From: Spirochaetaceae bacterium
GTDB lineage: Bacteria > Spirochaetota > Spirochaetia > DSM-2461
Direction: 5' to 3'
Length of the DNA: 64,000 bases
Assembly (NCBI GenBank): GCA_965224705.1
Contig: OZ245056.1
Span: 288,001-352,000 of the forward strand
The translations under genes were made by a program, and so were the position numbers. The notes beneath the pieces were generated by a model. The model saw only the letters and a list, made by a program, of their open reading frames with translations. It made no database searches and was not told the DNA's origin. The first letter of the stretch is position 1. Every line of letters starts with the position of its first letter. This document shows, piece after piece, positions 58,324-64,000 of this stretch.

Positions 58324-60786
58324 TCATGTCCCGTCAGTCATATTCATCTTTCTTGCTAATTTCGGCAAAGCAAGAGTAATAACATCCTCCACCTTCTTCA
58401 CAGGGAGGAATACTATTCCTTTTTTTACATGCTCTGGAATTTCTTCGAGATCTTCAAGATTTGATTCCGGGATGATGACCTGTTTGATTCCATGCCGCTG
58501 AGCTGCGATTGTCTTTTCCTTCAGTCCGCCAATCCCCATTACGAATCCAGTGAGACTTAATTCACCGGTCATTGCCAGGGAAGATTTGGGTTTAGTGCCT
58601 GTAACAAGGGATAAAAGAGCTGTTGTCATGGTAATACCGGCAGATGGGCCATCTTTGGGTGTTGCACCAGCGGGGATATGGAGATGAAGCATGTGTGATT
58701 CAAAAAAATCCTTTGATTCACTGAAATATGTTTCTACAAGTTTTCTTACTTTTGTATAAGCTATGGAGGCGGATTCTTTCATAACATCGCCCATTTGCCC
58801 TGTCAGCTTATATCCACTTTTTGATTCTACGGCATCGGACTCTATAACCAGGACATCACCACCCATACTGGTCCAGGCTAACCCGAGCGCCATACCAGGC
58901 ATAACAGCTTTTTTTACCCCATCCTCCCTGAAAATTGGTCTTTCCAGGTATTCTTTCAGAGAGCCAGTCGTGATGGGGATGGGCAGTTGAGATTTTTTTT
59001 CAACTACTTTCCTTGTAACCTTTCGATTGATCTTATCGACTGCTTTTTCATAGGTTCTCATCCCGGCATCACGGGCATAACCTTCCGCAATGGCTTTGAG
59101 AGACGATTTATTATATCGAATCTGCCCCTTCTTCAAACCATGTTTTTTGAGACTCTTTGGAATTATGTAGCGTCTGGCAATTTCAATTTTTTCTTCCACC
59201 ACATAGCCCGAAAGGCGAATCATCTCCATTCTATCCAAAAGGGGGCGGGGAATGGTGTCCAGAGTATTGGCTGTTGCAACAAATACGACATGAGAAAGAT
59301 CAAAAGGAAGATCAAGGTAATGATCTCGGAAATTATTGTTCTGCTCCGGATCCAATACTTCCAACAAAGCTGATGAGGGGTCTCCCTGAAGACTTATACC
59401 TAATTTGTCAATCTCATCAATCATGAATACGGGAGCTCGTGATTTAATAATTTTCATACCCTGAATAACCTTGCCGGGCATGGCACCGACATAGGTGCGG
59501 CGGTGTCCCTTGATTTCAGCCTCGTCACGCATACCGCCAACAGAGAAACGGAAAAAGGGTCTGTTCATAGATCGTGCGATGGATTTCCCTATGGAAGTTT
59601 TACCTACTCCTGGAGGGCCGACAAGAAGTATTATGGAACCTTTGGAGTCTTTTTTAAGTTTACGGACCGCTAAATACTCAAGAATTCTCTCCTTCACATC
59701 TTCCAGACCGTAATGATCTTCCTCCAGAATTCTGGCTGCTGATTCCATATCGATGATGTCGGCAGGAGGTTCGGTCCACGGAAGAGATACTATCCAGTCG
59801 AGGTAATTGCGGGTCACCGTGTATTCACTGGATGCCTGCTCCATGATTCCGAATTTATCCAGCTCTCGTTTAACCTGCTCGGCGATTTCTCCGGTGAAGT
59901 TGAATGATTCAATAGCTTCTTTTAATCTCATGAATTCACTGGATCTGGCATCTGCAGGTTCACCAAGTTCTTTCTTAATCGCTTTGAGTTCTTCTTTCAG
60001 AAAATACTCCCGCTGGCTTTTTTCTATTTTCTCATTTATTTCCCCGGCTATGCGTTTTTGGAGTTTGGACAGCTCATATTCCATTTTGACATGGACAAGT
60101 ACCAACTCCATGCGTTTTTTGACATTGATAGTTTCCAATACTTCCTGCTGTTTGTCCCTGTCTATATTGAGTATGCTGGTTATGAAATCAGCAATCTTAC
60201 CTGGAATATCAATGTTGAGTATATTCTGCCGCATTTCATCCGAGAACATGGGGTTGTCATCAGCAATCTGTTTCATTACAGAAAGGAGAGACCTGGTATA
60301 GACCTTAAGCTCCTTGTCGTTATTCTCAAATTCGTCATCAAGATATTCAACGGCTGCAAGATAGGGGCTTGTATCGGTGAGATATTTCTTAATACGAAAC
60401 CTTAAGTGAGTGCTGATGAAAATATTGATTCCGCCGTCTGGAAGTTTGATTCTTTTTGCTATTTTTGCAACTGTACCAACCTTATGCAGCTCAGAGGGCT
60501 TTGGAGAATCGATTCTGGTGTTGGTGGTGAGTACCAACCCTATGATGCTGTCTTTTTTAATAGCTTTTTCGACGATCTCCATATCCTCAGTCCCGGTGAT
60601 CATAATTGGAGTCACTATACCAGGGAATATTGGTTTGCCCTGAAGAGGAACAATGTAGATATGATTGGGTAACGCCTCTGCTATAGAGACAACCTGATTG
60701 TTGTCTTGATGATTGTTATCCTGGGAATTGTTATCCTGGGAATTGTTATCCTGGGAATTGTTGTCCTGGGAATTGTTGTCCTGCAT
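58324..60786 (-). CDS. lon: ATP-dependent protease La
   Basis: DHYGLEDVKERILE, GPPGVGKTS, DEIDK, PKDGPSAG, GGLKEK. Confidence 0.97.
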   Translation of the reverse strand: MQDNNSQDNNSQDNNSQDNNSQDNNHQDNNQVVSIAEALPNHIYIVPLQGKPIFPGIVTPIMITGTEDMEIVEKAIKKDSIIGLVLTTNTRIDSPKPSELHKVGTVAKIAKRIKLPDGGINIFISTHLRFRIKKYLTDTSPYLAAVEYLDDEFENNDKELKVYTRSLLSVMKQIADDNPMFSDEMRQNILNIDIPGKIADFITSILNIDRDKQQEVLETINVKKRMELVLVHVKMEYELSKLQKRIAGEINEKIEKSQREYFLKEELKAIKKELGEPADARSSEFMRLKEAIESFNFTGEIAEQVKRELDKFGIMEQASSEYTVTRNYLDWIVSLPWTEPPADIIDMESAARILEEDHYGLEDVKERILEYLAVRKLKKDSKGSIILLVGPPGVGKTSIGKSIARSMNRPFFRFSVGGMRDEAEIKGHRRTYVGAMPGKVIQGMKIIKSRAPVFMIDEIDKLGISLQGDPSSALLEVLDPEQNNNFRDHYLDLPFDLSHVVFVATANTLDTIPRPLLDRMEMIRLSGYVVEEKIEIARRYIIPKSLKKHGLKKGQIRYNKSSLKAIAEGYARDAGMRTYEKAVDKINRKVTRKVVEKKSQLPIPITTGSLKEYLERPIFREDGVKKAVMPGMALGLAWTSMGGDVLVIESDAVESKSGYKLTGQMGDVMKESASIAYTKVRKLVETYFSESKDFFESHMLHLHIPAGATPKDGPSAGITMTTALLSLVTGTKPKSSLAMTGELSLTGFVMGIGGLKEKTIAAQRHGIKQVIIPESNLEDLEEIPEHVKKGIVFLPVKKVEDVITLALPKLARKMNMTDGT
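60694..60783 (-). repeat. Coding minisatellite, 6 x 15 bp encoding QDNN(S/H/Q), at the Lon N-terminus
   Basis: Unit CAGGAYAACAATTCC repeated, last two units degenerate. Confidence 0.95.
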
Positions 60787-60930
60787 AGTTCTTAAAGAAT
60801 AACTTGGTAGATTGAAATCGACAAGTTAATTCTACTCCTTTTGAAAAACCCATTGTCAATTAGAACTCACATCGCTATGAATTCTCTGTTCTGTCAGATT
60901 CTTCAAAAGGAGGTAATGTAGAATTGTTTT

Positions 60931-62169
60931 TTATTTGACCTTTGATGCTACGGCATCCCTGACTTTTCCAGCCAACTGTGAGCATCGTGATCGTATCTTT
61001 GAAATGTCATCATTCGTTGGTTTTCCAAGGAATTCAAGCGGTTCCACACAATCCCAATTGACTTTGTATCTGGTCATCAACTCCTCAAATTCATTTTGAG
61101 CACCCCCGGACCAGCCGTAGGATCCCATTCGGAAGACCTTGCGATTAAGGAACTTCTTCTTGCATAATTCATCTATGACCGCAAACATGGGGGGGAATAT
61201 CTTGTATTCGTAGGTCGGCATGGCAAAAACTAAACCTGTTGAAGGCCATGCGGAAGTCAGAATATCACCCAGATTATCTTCGGGAACCCGATGTACGTTC
61301 ACTTTCAGACCTTCGGTTTTCAGTGTGTCAATGGCAGGCTGTATCGCTAATTCCGTATTGCCATACATGGAACTCCAGATGACTGTTACTTCATTCTCGC
61401 ATGGTCCTTTTTGATAGGAAGCGTAGCGCACAAAATCGTTGACGATTTTCATCGGATCTTTGCGCCAGACTATTCCATGACCGGGAGCAATAATTTTTAT
61501 TGGTAATGGTGAAGCTTTTTTAATGGCCTTGAGTACGGGCTGAGAAAATGCCGAAACGATATTGGAATAGTACCGAACAGCTTCCTGTTCAAAGAAATCA
61601 ATCTGTTCCTGGGAGAGTTGATCATCGTACGGGGATTCGTCAATTGCACCAAAGGATCCAAAGGCATCGCAGGGCATCAAAGTGCCGGATTTTGTATCAA
61701 AAGTAGCAATCGTCTCCGGCCAGTGGACATTGGGTATTTCGGCAAATGCAAGAACTCGTCCATCTCCAAGATCCAGAGTACTGCCATCACCAACAGCCAT
61801 GATTTTGTCTTCAGGAAAATCAAAGAATCCCTTCATCAGCGGAACAGCTTTCTTGCTGGTTACAACGGTGAAGTTGGGCCTGATTTTGCGGAAGTTTTCA
61901 ATCCATCCCGAGTGATCGGGTTCCATATGATTAACAATGACATAATCAATGGAATCAGGGTTCACATCGATCTCTTCAAACTGTTTGAACAGGGTTTCGG
62001 GCACTCCGTCCCAACCGCAAACTCCATCGACTATGGCTGTTTTCTCGCCTTTAACGATGTAGGAGTTCATGGCGACACCGTTTGGTATGGGCCAGAGTCC
62101 TTCAAACAGAATGTCTTTCATGTTGGCTGACAGCCGATAAATTCCTTCAGTAACTATTGTTGCATTCAT
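60931..62169 (-). CDS. fprA: Flavodiiron protein (A-type flavoprotein)
   Basis: NSYIV, NHMEPDHSG, HWPE, DAFG, PGHG and flavodoxin SMYGNT; GGAGG RBS before ATG 62169. Confidence 0.92.
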   Translation of the reverse strand: MNATIVTEGIYRLSANMKDILFEGLWPIPNGVAMNSYIVKGEKTAIVDGVCGWDGVPETLFKQFEEIDVNPDSIDYVIVNHMEPDHSGWIENFRKIRPNFTVVTSKKAVPLMKGFFDFPEDKIMAVGDGSTLDLGDGRVLAFAEIPNVHWPETIATFDTKSGTLMPCDAFGSFGAIDESPYDDQLSQEQIDFFEQEAVRYYSNIVSAFSQPVLKAIKKASPLPIKIIAPGHGIVWRKDPMKIVNDFVRYASYQKGPCENEVTVIWSSMYGNTELAIQPAIDTLKTEGLKVNVHRVPEDNLGDILTSAWPSTGLVFAMPTYEYKIFPPMFAVIDELCKKKFLNRKVFRMGSYGWSGGAQNEFEELMTRYKVNWDCVEPLEFLGKPTNDDISKIRSRCSQLAGKVRDAVASKVK

Positions 62170-62243
62170 TATGCTACCTCCATTCAATTTTTGATACTAG
62201 CTTGCATGCAGACATTGATCAAGTGCAAATGTATAATGGTACT

Positions 62244-62639
62244 ATGATTGATACGGTTGAACGACACAGAAATGAGTCACGTGAAGAGCTTCTACAGGAA
62301 ATAGAAGAATTTGAGCGAGAGCGCGAACAGCTTAAACAGGTTCTAGGGCAGATAGGTGGTCAGAAATCTTCAAAAATTGATTTCTGGATTAATATTACTT
62401 TTCTGGTTGTGGTTTTATTCCTTTTTGTTCTGGAAATTACTACAGAGATTCTGCCTGGTTCTTTCTCGTTGGAAATTGGCTTGCTGCTTGTTTCTATAAA
62501 GATTGTATTTATGATGCATACGCAGCAAAAGGTTAATCATTTTCAATTCTGGATATTGAATTCCATTGAATTCCGGATGAATGACATGGTGAAGAAGATT
62601 CGTCGAATGGAACGTACAGGTAATCCGGAGGAGGATTAA
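62244..62639 (+). CDS. Hypothetical two-TM membrane protein with coiled-coil N-terminus
   Basis: Acidic coiled coil, two TM helices, NHFQFWILNSIEFR tail. Confidence 0.7.
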   Translation: MIDTVERHRNESREELLQEIEEFEREREQLKQVLGQIGGQKSSKIDFWINITFLVVVLFLFVLEITTEILPGSFSLEIGLLLVSIKIVFMMHTQQKVNHFQFWILNSIEFRMNDMVKKIRRMERTGNPEED

Positions 62640-62662
62640 TCTATTCATACAAAGGAAATATC

Positions 62663-63610
62663 ATGACATACAAACAACTTGCAGGCATGAGTGCACTTCT
62701 TCTTTTCGTTGTTGTTAACCCTGTCCTTTTTGCAAGCGAGGGAACAGTCAATGATGCGGGATTCGCTTTTCCCTGGTGGGGGTGGGCATTTTTACTTCTT
62801 GCCGTCAGTTTCCTGCTTGGCATTCTGGCTGTTCTTGCTGGAGTTGGAGGTGGTATTCTTTACATCCCCATTGTCAGCATACTCTTTCCATTTCACATTG
62901 ATTTTGTACGAGGTGCTGCATTCATTGTTGTCCTGGCTGGAGCTCTGTCTGCTGCTCCTGGATTGCTCAGACGAGGTTTGGCCTCTCTTCGTCTGGCTTT
63001 GCCTATGGCTATGGCGAGTTCCATCGGCACATTTATTGGTTCCCATATGGGTTTAATTCTGCCGCGTCATTTAATTGAGATGGGTCTGGGGGGTGTTATC
63101 CTTGGGGTCATTTGCTTCATGGTTTTTGTTAAACGATCTGATCATCCAGAAACCGTAATTGTCAATAAGTTTGATTTACGTTTAGGAGTCAGTGATGAAT
63201 TCATTGATCAGACCACCGGTACTGTGATTCAATGGCAGGTCCATCGTTTGAAATCAGGTTTCCTTGTTTTTTTTATCATTGGTATTATGGCAGGCATGTT
63301 TGGTTTAGGAGCAGGATGGGCCAATGTTCCGGCACTTAATCTGCTGCTTGGGGCCCCATTAAAAGTTGCAGCGGCTACCAGTATGATTATCATTGCAATC
63401 AATGAATCAGTAGCATCCTGGGTGTACCTGAATAATGGGGCAGTTTTACCTGCTATTGTTGTGCCATCTCTGGCAGGAATGATGATGGGGACGCGGTTGG
63501 GAGTGAAGTTATTAGGTAGCACAAATCCAAAAGTAGTTCGCCGTATTGTGATCGTTGTTCTTGTTCTGGCCAGTATGAGGTCATTTTTATCAGGAGTTGA
63601 GGTGTTATAG
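62663..63610 (+). CDS. Sulfite exporter TauE/SafE (TSUP) family permease
   Basis: Duplicated GVGGG and GLGAGWANVP motifs, about 8-9 TM helices. Confidence 0.88.
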   Translation: MTYKQLAGMSALLLFVVVNPVLFASEGTVNDAGFAFPWWGWAFLLLAVSFLLGILAVLAGVGGGILYIPIVSILFPFHIDFVRGAAFIVVLAGALSAAPGLLRRGLASLRLALPMAMASSIGTFIGSHMGLILPRHLIEMGLGGVILGVICFMVFVKRSDHPETVIVNKFDLRLGVSDEFIDQTTGTVIQWQVHRLKSGFLVFFIIGIMAGMFGLGAGWANVPALNLLLGAPLKVAAATSMIIIAINESVASWVYLNNGAVLPAIVVPSLAGMMMGTRLGVKLLGSTNPKVVRRIVIVVLVLASMRSFLSGVEVL

Positions 63611-63994
63611 ATGAATCGAATAGATACCCAGACTGCAAACTGGTTTCACTGGATGGGATTGGCTGGACTATTCTCCGCAGTTGTATTTTTTTTACTCTAT
63701 GGGTTTGGTTTTCCAGAAACTGATATGCCCATAGATGAATCAATGAAATACTGGGATAAATCAGTCGAGGAATACCACCAGATCGCAGGTTCAACCAGAC
63801 TGACGAACCTGTTCCAAGATCTTCCAGACAGCAATACTCTGTCCATTCTTTCCCTGGTTCTTCTTCTCAGTGCTACACCCCTGACTCTGCTGGGACTCAT
63901 AGTCAATTTTTTTTACAGGAAAGAAATTATTCAATCCTTGTTTGCTCTGGGCATCATTGCTGTTTTAACAGGGGCGGTTCTGGGGTTCCCATGA
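63611..63994 (+). CDS. Small membrane protein, DUF1634-like partner of TSUP permeases
   Basis: Three TM segments immediately downstream of the TauE/SafE gene. Confidence 0.55.
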   Translation: MNRIDTQTANWFHWMGLAGLFSAVVFFLLYGFGFPETDMPIDESMKYWDKSVEEYHQIAGSTRLTNLFQDLPDSNTLSILSLVLLLSATPLTLLGLIVNFFYRKEIIQSLFALGIIAVLTGAVLGFP

Positions 63995-64000
63995 GGAGAA

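Noticed and set aside
371..63906. Numerous short overlapping or antisense ORFs in the ORF track
   Set aside because: They overlap well-supported genes and show no recognisable motifs; treated as shadow ORFs.

Overview
Bacterial chromosomal segment, most likely from a Spirochaetia member (inferred from the stand-alone rpsD, spirochaete-style FAGGG signal-peptide ends, the oadGAB sodium pump and the SASGWRK-type phosphohexomutase). Most of it is housekeeping: tRNA-Asp/queG, oadGAB, a SWIM-SNF2 helicase, rplM-rpsI, lemA plus two TPM genes, cobB, rpsD, a TAXI-TRAP system, ndk, a self-contained mannitol PTS operon, radC, lon and fprA. The main accessory block is about 10.6 kb (43292-53960), bounded by 75-bp direct repeats. 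It holds an apparently complete IIC-like group II intron and two convergent operons: a sugar ABC importer with a class-III aminotransferase, and a G1PDH-like dehydrogenase, a BtrR/StsC-like aminotransferase and a Gfo/Idh/MocA oxidoreductase. Together these look like an undescribed aminocyclitol or aminoglycoside-fragment uptake and catabolism pathway (inference). Other notable items: a candidate sigma28-driven small RNA, a MITE family with one copy inserted in frame in lemA, a fatty-acid-hydroxylase / steroid-5-alpha-reductase / POTRA outer-membrane-protein operon, a single-lobe sugar-binding protein, a typA relic and a Dabb gene split at a slippery A AAA AAC site. All functional calls come from motif recognition by eye; no database searches were run.
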